This document shows, piece by piece, positions 53,734 through 64,000 of a stretch of 64,000 nucleotides of DNA. The stretch's first letter is position 1. Each line of letters opens with the position of its first letter. Origin of the DNA: Treponema sp. (lineage in GTDB: Bacteria > Spirochaetota > Spirochaetia > Treponematales > Treponemataceae). The notes under the pieces are model-generated. The model saw only the letters and a list, made by a program, of their open reading frames with translations. It did no database searches and was not told the DNA's origin. Made by a program: the position numbers and the translations under genes. The DNA is taken from the NCBI GenBank assembly GCA_017525605.1, contig JAFXSM010000033.1, forward strand, positions 10,747-74,746, written 5' to 3'.

Positions 53734-55026
53734 ATGAAGAAGAGTAAAATCTGTTCGGCTGTCGCTGCTTTTGCCGCATGTGCAATTGCGACTTCGTTCA
53801 TGTCTTGTAAGAAAGAATCTGCAAAAAAAGCGGAGGAAGACAAGACAATTCACGTTTTTGGTGCGTCAAGAGGAGAAGAGGCTGCCCGTCTTGAGGAAAT
53901 CATCAAAGAATTCAATGCGGAGACGGGATTCAATGTCGTCTACGAGGGAAGTCCTGAATTCGAAACTCAGATTCAGGTGCAGGCTGCCGCAGGAACTCCG
54001 CCGGATATCGCGATGCTTCCTCAGCCTGGAATGATGCAGAACTTTGCCGAGGCCGGATATCTCAAGCCGCTTCCTGAAAATGTCGTTGCCAGAATCGACA
54101 GCAACTATGCTTCCGTCTGGAAGGACCTCGGTTCGTACAAGGGGAATGTCTACGGCGTTTTCCACCGCGTCAATGCGAAGAGCTTCGTCTGGTACAACAA
54201 GAAAGAGTGGGCGAAGAGGGGATATTCGATTCCGAAGACTTGGGACGAGCTTCGCGCTCTTGAGGACAAAATGGTCGCTGACGGAATCGCTCCGTGGACG
54301 GTCGGATTCGAGTCTGGCGCGGCTTCTGGTTGGCCGGGAACTGACTGGCTTGAGGACATGATGCTCAGAACTGCGGGACCTGACGCTTATGATGCTTGGG
54401 TCAGCCACAAAATCCCGTTCAATGACGAGAAAGTTCTCAATGCGCTTTCATACATTCAGGAAATCTTCTTCAACGATTCATATATCTACGGCGGAAGAAC
54501 GAACATTCTCACGTCGCATTACGGTGACAGCATCAAGCCGCTTTTCGAGAATCCTCCGAAGGCGATGATGCACAGGGAGGGAAACTTCATAACAGGATTC
54601 CTTCCTCAGAGCGTTCAGGACAACATGGAAGAGGAAGTCGGCGTTTTCGCGCTTCCTTCAGTCGATGAGAGATGGGGAACTCCTGTTCTCGGCGGCGGCG
54701 ACCAGTTCGTCGCATTCTCGGACAAGCCGGGAGTTGCGGAATTCCTTGAGTATCTCACGACTTGGAAAGGCTGCATTCCGTGGGCAAAAGTCGGCGGCGC
54801 GCTCTTCCCTCACAAGAACCAGAATTTCAACGACTACGGAAACGCAATCGAGCGCGAGCTTGCAAAAATCCTCGTCGGCGCGAAGGTATTCCGCTTTGAT
54901 GGTTCTGACCAGATGCCTGCCGAAGTCGGTTCGGGCACTTTCTGGGTCGGTATGGTGAACTGGGTCAGCGGTTCTGAAGATGCTGCAACGGCATTGAAGA
55001 CAATCGACGAGAGCTGGCCTCAGTAA
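53734..55026 (+). CDS. carbohydrate ABC transporter substrate-binding lipoprotein
   Basis: 430 aa. Lipobox FMSC and family-1 SBP pattern. Confidence 0.9.
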   Translation: MKKSKICSAVAAFAACAIATSFMSCKKESAKKAEEDKTIHVFGASRGEEAARLEEIIKEFNAETGFNVVYEGSPEFETQIQVQAAAGTPPDIAMLPQPGMMQNFAEAGYLKPLPENVVARIDSNYASVWKDLGSYKGNVYGVFHRVNAKSFVWYNKKEWAKRGYSIPKTWDELRALEDKMVADGIAPWTVGFESGAASGWPGTDWLEDMMLRTAGPDAYDAWVSHKIPFNDEKVLNALSYIQEIFFNDSYIYGGRTNILTSHYGDSIKPLFENPPKAMMHREGNFITGFLPQSVQDNMEEEVGVFALPSVDERWGTPVLGGGDQFVAFSDKPGVAEFLEYLTTWKGCIPWAKVGGALFPHKNQNFNDYGNAIERELAKILVGAKVFRFDGSDQMPAEVGSGTFWVGMVNWVSGSEDAATALKTIDESWPQ

Positions 55027-55108
55027 TGACGACGGAACTGTCGGGTGCGCATTTTCCGAAAGTGGATTTGCGCGCTTGGCAGTTCTTCCTGCAAAAGGGG
55101 GAGTAACG

Positions 55109-56161
55109 ATGAGAAGTTACGTAAAAACATTTGCCGTCACGCTGCTGACTGTCGTTTCCATGTTCGGCGGATTCTTTCTTCTGAAAGACGGTGCTCTGAA
55201 CCAGCTCGGAACGACACTCTTTGCGATAGTGTGGGGCGTAGCGACTGTGCTTTTGATGTTCTATTCTCTGAATCTCATTGCGCAGCTTTTTCCGTCTAAT
55301 ATATACAACAAAATCGTTCCGTATATATTCATCGGGCCTGCAGTTTTGATAATGGGATGGTATCTTTTCATTCCTGCTGTCAGGTCGCTCGCATTGAGCT
55401 TCATGAACAAGAATTCGACGGCTTTTGTCGGTCTGGACAACTACATTTATCTTTTCACCGACAAGAGCATGATTACGTCAATCCGCAACACGCTCATCTG
55501 GCTCATCTGCGGAACTGGATTCAGCGTCGTTCTCGGACTTACGACCGCGCTTCTTGCTGAGCGCAGCCACGTCGAGAAATTCGCGAAGACGCTCATCTTC
55601 ATGCCGATGGCAATCTCGCTTGTCGGTGCGGGCGTAATCTTCAAGTTCATGTACGCATACCGCCCTGACGGAGCCGACCAGATTGGTCTTCTGAATGCAA
55701 TCATCGTCCATTTCGGAGGAAAGCCGCAGAACTGGCTCGGAAATCCTCCGCTGAACAATCTTTTTCTGATTGCGATTTTCGTATGGCTGCAGACAGGATT
55801 CGCGATGGTCGTTCTCTCTGCCGCGCTAAAATCCGTTCCCGACGAGATTCTTGAGGCAGCCCGCATTGACGGTGCGAGCGAGGCAAGAATCATTTTCAAC
55901 ATCATCATTCCGAACATCAAAGGCTCGATTATCAGCGTCTCAACCACGATTCTCCTTGCCGCCCTCAAGTGCTTCGACATCGTGTTCTCGATGACGAACG
56001 GACTTTACGGCACTGAAGTCCTGGCTTCCCAGCAGTACAAGCAGATGTTCAAATTCCTGCATTACGGAAGGGGCTCCGCGATTGCGATTCTGATTCTCAT
56101 CGCCGTAAGCCCTGTAATCTACTACAACCTCAAGGAATTCAAGAGAAAGGAGGCATTCTGA
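55109..56161 (+). CDS. carbohydrate ABC transporter permease (MalF-like)
   Basis: ORF 55076..56161. The ATG at 55109 follows GGGGAG. EAA loop EAARIDGASEARIIFNIIIP. Confidence 0.9.
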   Translation: MRSYVKTFAVTLLTVVSMFGGFFLLKDGALNQLGTTLFAIVWGVATVLLMFYSLNLIAQLFPSNIYNKIVPYIFIGPAVLIMGWYLFIPAVRSLALSFMNKNSTAFVGLDNYIYLFTDKSMITSIRNTLIWLICGTGFSVVLGLTTALLAERSHVEKFAKTLIFMPMAISLVGAGVIFKFMYAYRPDGADQIGLLNAIIVHFGGKPQNWLGNPPLNNLFLIAIFVWLQTGFAMVVLSAALKSVPDEILEAARIDGASEARIIFNIIIPNIKGSIISVSTTILLAALKCFDIVFSMTNGLYGTEVLASQQYKQMFKFLHYGRGSAIAILILIAVSPVIYYNLKEFKRKEAF

Positions 56162-57057
56162 TGAAAGATAAAACTAATAGAAGCTCGCCGCTTGTAACTT
56201 TCGTTCTGCTTTTGTTCTGCTTCGTGTGGATTGTTCCGACGCTCGGAATTTTCGTCACTTCGTTCAGGAATGCCGATGCAGCGTCGTCTTCGGGCTGGTG
56301 GACTGCAATCACTTCGCTCAAGGATTTCACGCTCGACAACTACGACCAGGTTCTTTTCGGCCAGAGATTCAGCGTCGGAAATGCAGCTGGCACGAAGATG
56401 GTCAGAAGCGCGACAATGGCAAGCGCGTTCCTTTCGAGCATCGCCGTAACTCTTCCGTCCGTCATAATCCCGATTTTCATTGCGGCGGCGGCGGCATACG
56501 GTTTCGCGTGGCTCAAATTCAAGGGGCGCAACGTTCTTTTCGCGTTGATTATCGCGCTCCTCGTAGTTCCGCTTCAGATTGCGCTCATTCCGATTCTGAA
56601 GGATTACCAGAATTTGGGGCTGAACGGAACGTATTTGGGAATGTGGCTTGCGCATACGGGATTCGGCCTTCCGCTTGCGACTTACATGATGTTCAACTAC
56701 ATTTCCAGCCTCGACAGAAGCATTCTTGAGTCCGCGTTCATCGACGGAGCGAGCCATTTCCAGACGTTCATGCAGATTATCATTCCGCTGAGCGTTCCTG
56801 TCATTGCGTCGTTCGCGATTTTCCAGTTCATCTGGGTCTGGAACGATATGCTCGTCTCGCTCGTGTTCCTGAGCGGTGCCGGACAAAAAGCCGAGGTCGT
56901 GACTGTCAGATTGATGAACATGGCCGGAACGAGAGGTACGGACTGGCATCTCCTTACTGCCGGCGCGTTCGTCTCGATGATTCTGCCGCTCGGGGTGTTC
57001 CTCGGATTGCAGAAATTCTTCGTGCGCGGACTTCTTGCTGGTTCCGTCAAGGGCTGA
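56161..57057 (+). CDS. carbohydrate ABC transporter permease (MalG-like)
   Basis: 298 aa. EAA loop ESAFIDGASHFQTFMQIIIP. Its start overlaps the upstream stop. Confidence 0.9.
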   Translation: MKDKTNRSSPLVTFVLLLFCFVWIVPTLGIFVTSFRNADAASSSGWWTAITSLKDFTLDNYDQVLFGQRFSVGNAAGTKMVRSATMASAFLSSIAVTLPSVIIPIFIAAAAAYGFAWLKFKGRNVLFALIIALLVVPLQIALIPILKDYQNLGLNGTYLGMWLAHTGFGLPLATYMMFNYISSLDRSILESAFIDGASHFQTFMQIIIPLSVPVIASFAIFQFIWVWNDMLVSLVFLSGAGQKAEVVTVRLMNMAGTRGTDWHLLTAGAFVSMILPLGVFLGLQKFFVRGLLAGSVKG

Positions 57058-57087
57058 TTTTTTTTGAAGATTTGAAGGTGGGATTAT

Positions 57088-58911
<1,824 letters not shown>

Positions 58912-58914
58912 AAT

Positions 58915-59877
58915 ATGAATGAAAAATTGTACGATGTCGTCGCTTTGGGCGAAGTTCTGATTGATTTCACATTCTGCGGAAAGAATGCCGACGGAAAAAA
59001 TGTCTACGAGGAGAATCCGGGCGGCGCGCCTGCAAACTGCGTCGGTGCGATGTGCAAGCTCGGCGGAAAAGGCGCGTTCATCGGAATGACCGGAATCGAC
59101 TCGTTCGGCGAGGACATTCGGAAAAGCCTTGCCGCGATAAATGTCGATGTGAGCCAGATTCAGTATTGCGATTATCAGCACACGACTCTTGCATTCGTGA
59201 CTCTTGACGAATCGGGCGAGCGTCATTTTTCGTTCTACCGTGACCCTGGAGCGGACACTCAGCTTGATTTCGACAAAATCGACAAGAAATATCTTGAGGA
59301 GACGAAAATCCTTCACATCGGCTCTCTTTCCCTCGTCGAGGAAAAATCCCGGAAGTCAACTCTCAAATCCGTCGCCGCCGTCAAAAATGCAGGCGGTCTT
59401 GTAAGCTACGACCCGAACTGGAGGCCTTCTCTTTGGAAAGACAAGAATATCGGCGTGGAGCTTATGAAGAGCATTTTCCCTCTGACCGACATCGTGAAAA
59501 TCTCCGAGGAAGAATACGAGCTTCTCTTCGGCAGCATGAGCATTGAGGACTGCATGGATTTCCTCCATAAAGAAGGCGTTACGCTCGTCCTTGTGACGCT
59601 CGGCGAAAAAGGTGTCAAATATTCGTTCAACGACGGAAAGCGCAGTTTCAGCGGATTCGTTCCTGCCAAAAAAGTCACCGCCGTTGACACCACAGGTGCC
59701 GGAGACAGTTTCACTGGCGGACTTCTCTACAAACTCACCCGAAACGAGAATCCTTTCGACTTCGAAAAGGACGATTTGGAAAAGCATCTCTATTTCGCAA
59801 ACTGCGTCGCTGCCTACTGCGTCACCAAAAAAGGCGCGATTCCTGCGTTGCCGACGTTGGAGGATATCGAACTCTAG
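58915..59877 (+). CDS. PfkB-family carbohydrate kinase, probable fructokinase
   Basis: 320 aa. GEVLIDF, NPGGAPAN and DTTGAGDSF motifs. Adjacent to amylosucrase. Confidence 0.85.
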   Translation: MNEKLYDVVALGEVLIDFTFCGKNADGKNVYEENPGGAPANCVGAMCKLGGKGAFIGMTGIDSFGEDIRKSLAAINVDVSQIQYCDYQHTTLAFVTLDESGERHFSFYRDPGADTQLDFDKIDKKYLEETKILHIGSLSLVEEKSRKSTLKSVAAVKNAGGLVSYDPNWRPSLWKDKNIGVELMKSIFPLTDIVKISEEEYELLFGSMSIEDCMDFLHKEGVTLVLVTLGEKGVKYSFNDGKRSFSGFVPAKKVTAVDTTGAGDSFTGGLLYKLTRNENPFDFEKDDLEKHLYFANCVAAYCVTKKGAIPALPTLEDIEL

Positions 59878-59924
59878 GGGTATAATTGATGTCATAACTG
59901 AAAATCATCTTGGAGGATGTGCCG

Positions 59925-61754
59925 ATGAAGCAGAAGACTTTTGCAATTCAGGACAGCTATGACGTCGTTAAATATTTGGACGAGATAAAGAACAGCGATG
60001 ACTACAAAAATGCGAGTGCCGTTCTCGTGAATATTTTCACGGAGCGGTTCCAGAAAGATTACATTTCGTATTTGACCGGAATCGTGAAGAATTCAATCGG
60101 CAAGGCTAGGATTGCGGGGCTTACGTGCATTTTCGGGTTTTCGCAGGGCGAATTTGTCAAGAAATCGACCGTCTTCACTGTTTTTTTCTTCTTTGAATCC
60201 GAAATCGAAATACTGGAGTACGATTTCTCCAAAATTTCAGTCGATGAAGCGAAATCTTCTTTAGTTTCCAAGATTGACGGAAGACCCGATTTGAAAGGCA
60301 TCCAGGTTTTCACTACGCCGCTGAAAAACAACGTGACGAACGATTTTCTTTCGTCCGTGAGCTTTGAGCATTGCGAGGTTCCGATTTTCGGTGCGGGTGC
60401 CGGATTCGAGCCTTCATCCGCAAAGTCCGGTCTTTACATCTTCGGCGACGGCATTTACGAGAACGGCGTTGTTGTCACTCTTTTCCGCGGACAAAATCTG
60501 AAGATTTACGCTGAGTCAACGCTCGGCTGGGCACCAATCGGAAAGGAAATGGTGGCGACAGATGTTCTTGACAAGCACATCCTGAAAACTCTTGACGGCG
60601 AGATTGCGGGCGATGTGTTCAAAAAATATCTCGGCGTAACTTCCAGCGACAAATTCTTCGAGAACACATGCGAATTTCCTCTGATGTTCAGGCGCGGAGG
60701 AAGATGGATTGCAAGAATCCCGATTGAGAAAGACGAATCCGGTTCCGTTTATTTTACGGCCGACATCCAGAAGGGCGAGAAGCTCATGTTCTCATACGGC
60801 GCGAAAAAACTCATAATGCAGCAGTCGTTCAAGCTTGCCGAATACATGAGCCGCAAGAATCTTGAGGGGCTTCTTCTTCATGTCTGCCGGAACAGGAATT
60901 CATACCTCAAGGAAGACGAGTAGCTGGAGCTTCAGGCTTTTTCGAACTTTTACAGGGAAACTGCCGGCTGCTTCGCGTTTGCCGAAATCCTCTATAAAAA
61001 TAACGGCGGCGGGCTTTTGAACGGTGCGCTTGTCGCTGTCGGTTTCCGCGAATTTTCTGGCGGCGATGCGAATCCTATTTCCGAAGACTGCTATGTCGAG
61101 GAGAATTTCTACGGAAAAGCGCGTTTCGTCGATTTCAACGAGATTGACGACGACCTTCCTCTCAACAGCAAGAACAGCCGCATTATTCCGTTCGAGGAAC
61201 GACTTGTGAATTTCCTTCATGCCACGAGCAACGACCTCTGCTTTGCGAACATGAAACTGAAGGAAGCCGCGACAACTGACGGACTCACGAAAATCTTCAA
61301 CAGAAAGAAAATCTCCGAGGTTATATCTTACGAGCTTAAAAAACGCGAAAAATCGAATGTACTCTGCCTGATTATGTTCGACATCGACAACTTCAAGAAG
61401 ATAAACGACACTTACGGCCACGACATGGGCGACGATGTTCTCGTCCGAATTGCCGCGACCGCAAAAGGCTGCATCCGCTCCCATGACTCAATCGGAAGGT
61501 GGGGCGGGGAGGAGTTCATGGTTCTTCTTCCAGCAACTGCAAAAGACGAAGCCGTTTCGATTGCCGAGCGGATTAGGTCGAGCATCAACGCATTGCAATG
61601 GGAAAAAATCCCTTCCGTGAGCGTCTCTGTCGGAGTCACATCATCAAGACCCGACGACGACATCCAGAGATTCTACAAGCGCGTTGACAACCTCCTGTAT
61701 TTCGCCAAGACCCACGGCAAAAACCGCGTCGTCTCGGAAGACTTTGTCATATAG
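59925..61754 (+). pseudogene. FIST-N/FIST-C/GGDEF diguanylate cyclase interrupted by one in-frame TAG at 60921-60923
   Basis: ORFs 59910..60923 and 61017..61754 share a frame. The 31 codons between them are open and read LELQAFSNFYRETAGCFAFAEILYKNNGGGLLNGALV, a FIST_C-like tail. The downstream part has an intact GGEEF. Confidence 0.75.
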
Positions 61755-61828
61755 AGTTTTTTTGCTTCGACTACGCTCAGCAAGCGATTGCCACACGGAT
61801 TCGGAAAATCTAACGATTTTCCTTTTGT

Positions 61829-61878
61829 AAAAAAAATCCCTGCCGATTGAAAAATTCACTTCGGCAGGGATTTTTTTA
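61829..61878. terminator. bidirectional intrinsic terminator between the GGDEF gene and pckG
   Basis: AAAAAAAATCCCTGCCGA...TCGGCAGGGATTTTTTTA. Confidence 0.8.
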
Positions 61879-61914
61879 TCTGTTTTCCGTCAGCGTTTCA
61901 GCCGGCGAAAAAAC

Positions 61915-63774
61915 TTATGCCTTGTTCAAGCGAGCCTCGAGGTCGTCGAGGATAGCTGTGAGCTCTTTCGGAAGGTGAGAGCCGAACTTCGGATAGTGGT
62001 TCTCGCGGATGTCCTTGACTTCCTTCTTCCAACCCTCAACATCAACCTTTGTGATTTCTGGGAGAGTCTTCTTGTAGTAGTCAGCCAATCCGTCAGTGTT
62101 GATAGCACCCTCTTTCGGCATGAATCCGATTGGTGTGTCAACATAGTTGTCCTTTCCGTCGCAGCGGTCGAAGATCCATGCGAGAACGCGTGAGTTGTCT
62201 CCGTATCCTGGCCACATGAATCCGCCTGGAAGGTCCTTGTTGTTCTCGTCCTTGCGGAACCAGTTGACGTAGAAGATTTTCGGCAAGAGGTCCTTGTTCT
62301 TCGCAGCGTTTCCGACGTTGATCCAGTGCTGGAAGTAGTCGCCCATGTTGTATCCGCAGAATGGGATGATTGCGAATGGGTCGCGGCGGATTTTACCGAC
62401 TTCGTCAGCGTTGATTGTAGAAGCGGCTGTGATTTCCGAACCGACGATAGAGCCGAGGAACACACCATGCTCCCAAGAGCGTGACTGGTGCACGAGAGGA
62501 ACTGTTGATGGGCGGCGTCCACCGAAGAGGATTGCGCTGATAGGCACACCTTTTGGATCTTCCCACTCTTTCGCGATACATGGACACTGGTTTGCAGGTG
62601 CCGTGAAGCGTGCGTTCGGGTGAGCGAATTCCTCGCCTTTTGGAGACTTGTCTTTTGGAAGAGCGTCGCGTGTCTTGCCTTTCCAGTCGACGAGCTTGCC
62701 CTTTGCAGGATAGCCGATCTGCTCCCACCAAACATCTCCGTCCTCTGTGAGGGCGCAGTTTGTGAAGATTGTGTTCTTTGAAGCAGAAACGAGAGCGTTC
62801 TTGTTAGACTCGGCAGATGTTCCTGGAGCGACTCCGAAGAATCCTGCCTCTGGGTTGATAGCGTACAAGCGTCCATCTTCGCCGTACTTCATCCATGCGA
62901 TGTCGTCGCCGATTGTCTCGACCTTCCAACCTGGGATTGTCGGGATGAGCATTGCGAGGTTCGTCTTTCCACATGCTGACGGGAATGCGCCTGTGACGTA
63001 CTTGACTTCGCCCTGTGGGTTTGTGAGCTTGAGGATGAGCATGTGCTCAGCGAGCCATCCCTCTTCGTGTGCGATGACAGAAGCGATGCGGAGAGCGAAG
63101 CACTTCTTTCCGAGAAGGGCGTTTCCGCCGTATCCAGAACCGTAAGACCAAACGAGGTGCTCCTCTGGGAACTGAGAGATGTACTTCTGCTCGACTGGAG
63201 CGCAAGCCCAAACTCCGTTGTCCTTCTCGCCGTTGTTGAGCGGCTTTCCGACTGAGTGGAGACATGGAACGAAGTTGTCGTCCAAGTACTGCCAGACTTT
63301 CTCGCCGGCGCGTGTCATGATGTCCATGTTGAGGACGACGTACTCAGAGTCTGTGAGCTCGACACCGCACTTTGAGATTGGTGAGCCGAGAGGTCCCATG
63401 CAGAACGGGATGACGTACATCGTGCGTCCGTGCATACAGCCCTTGTACAAGCCCTTCATCGTAGCCTTCAACTCAACCGGGTCGATCCAGTTGTTTGTCG
63501 GACCAGCATCTTCCTGCTTCTTTGAAGAGATGAATGTTCTTTTCTCGACGCGAGCGACGTCTGAAGGATCTGATCTGAACAAGAAACTGTGTGGCTTCTT
63601 TGCCAATGGAGTGGCGAGACCGGCGTCCACGCATTTCTGTACGAGTCTGTCGTACTCCTCTGCTGAACCGTCGCAAACAACAACGTTGTCTGGTTCGCAC
63701 ATTTTAACGCATTCTTCAACCCATGCCCTGATTTTGGCATTGCTGATTTCTGCAACTGTTTTGATAGCCATCAA
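61915..63774 (-). CDS. pckG: phosphoenolpyruvate carboxykinase (GTP)
   Basis: 619 aa. FPSACGKTN kinase-1a motif and full GTP-PEPCK pattern. Confidence 0.96.
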   Translation of the reverse strand: MMAIKTVAEISNAKIRAWVEECVKMCEPDNVVVCDGSAEEYDRLVQKCVDAGLATPLAKKPHSFLFRSDPSDVARVEKRTFISSKKQEDAGPTNNWIDPVELKATMKGLYKGCMHGRTMYVIPFCMGPLGSPISKCGVELTDSEYVVLNMDIMTRAGEKVWQYLDDNFVPCLHSVGKPLNNGEKDNGVWACAPVEQKYISQFPEEHLVWSYGSGYGGNALLGKKCFALRIASVIAHEEGWLAEHMLILKLTNPQGEVKYVTGAFPSACGKTNLAMLIPTIPGWKVETIGDDIAWMKYGEDGRLYAINPEAGFFGVAPGTSAESNKNALVSASKNTIFTNCALTEDGDVWWEQIGYPAKGKLVDWKGKTRDALPKDKSPKGEEFAHPNARFTAPANQCPCIAKEWEDPKGVPISAILFGGRRPSTVPLVHQSRSWEHGVFLGSIVGSEITAASTINADEVGKIRRDPFAIIPFCGYNMGDYFQHWINVGNAAKNKDLLPKIFYVNWFRKDENNKDLPGGFMWPGYGDNSRVLAWIFDRCDGKDNYVDTPIGFMPKEGAINTDGLADYYKKTLPEITKVDVEGWKKEVKDIRENHYPKFGSHLPKELTAILDDLEARLNKA

Positions 63775-63804
63775 TATGCTCCTTAAAAAAAGATTTGAGT
63801 GGAA

Positions 63805-64000
63805 TTATATTCGGTTTTTGGGGTAAATACAATGAAATCGGCTGTCAAGTTTTTCGGGATTTTGTCGATTAGGGAAGGGCGGTGGAATAGTAAGAATCTG
63901 GTAGTAAACATCGATGTTTTTTCTTACTGGCGAATTGTCAATTGAATGCAACGATTTTAAATAGAAATCCTCAACTTCGCCACGTTCAACTTCTTCAATA
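63805..64000 (-). CDS. 3-prime end of an unidentified gene entering from the window edge (partial)
   Basis: The minus-strand frame is open from 64000 to a TAA at 63807-63805. My translation is IEEVERGEVEDFYLKSLHSIDNSPVRKNIDVYYQILTIPPPFPNRQNPEKLDSRFHCIYPKNRI. It is absent from the ORF track because no Met falls inside the window. Confidence 0.3.
   Translation of the reverse strand, partial: IEEVERGEVEDFYLKSLHSIDNSPVRKNIDVYYQILTIPPPFPNRQNPEKLDSRFHCIYPKNRI

Overview
This 64-kb chromosomal window has about 55 protein-coding genes on both strands, with no rRNA, tRNA, CRISPR array, transposase or integrase that I could find. The backbone is housekeeping. It includes thrH-xpt-pbuX, a sigma-70 family factor, tsaD, asnA, grpE-dnaK-dnaJ, and a long minus-strand run tyrA-apt-exonuclease-M48 peptidase-argG. 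It also includes eda, an MCP, gltX, an M18 aminopeptidase, pgi, csoR, aroA, ychF, a LacI/ABC/amylosucrase/fructokinase sucrose locus and GTP-dependent pckG. The flavour of the proteins (DnaK N-terminus, MCP, many lipoproteins, GTP-PEPCK) suggests a spirochete, probably Treponema-like, but that is inference only. All family calls come from motif recognition in the supplied translations; no searches were run.

Small accessory islets are interspersed with the backbone:
- A toxin-antitoxin islet lies between sanA and argG: a VapBC-like pair, an orphan gene, and a tripartite hipB-hipS-hipT module.
- A block at 34.5-42.3 kb holds an esterase, two tandem tannase-like lipoproteins that appear to lack the catalytic serine, an orphan HigA-type antitoxin with a possible toxin remnant, and uncharacterised translationally coupled genes.

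The signals most worth follow-up are:
1. A three-copy ~115-nt intergenic rod-like hairpin element has an invariant apex and seven fully compensatory base-pair swaps between copies. I cannot assign it to any named family.
2. The hipBST cassette is bracketed by ~170-bp direct repeats that duplicate the last codons and the four-hairpin 3-prime UTR of argG, with no recombinase present.
3. Two unrelated genes (aroA and a FIST-GGDEF cyclase) are each interrupted by a single in-frame TAG.
4. A DinJ/RelB-type DNA-binding domain is fused to a ~360-aa acidic repeat tail.
5. Tandem perfect palindromes and a sigma-28-like promoter lie upstream of the MCP gene.
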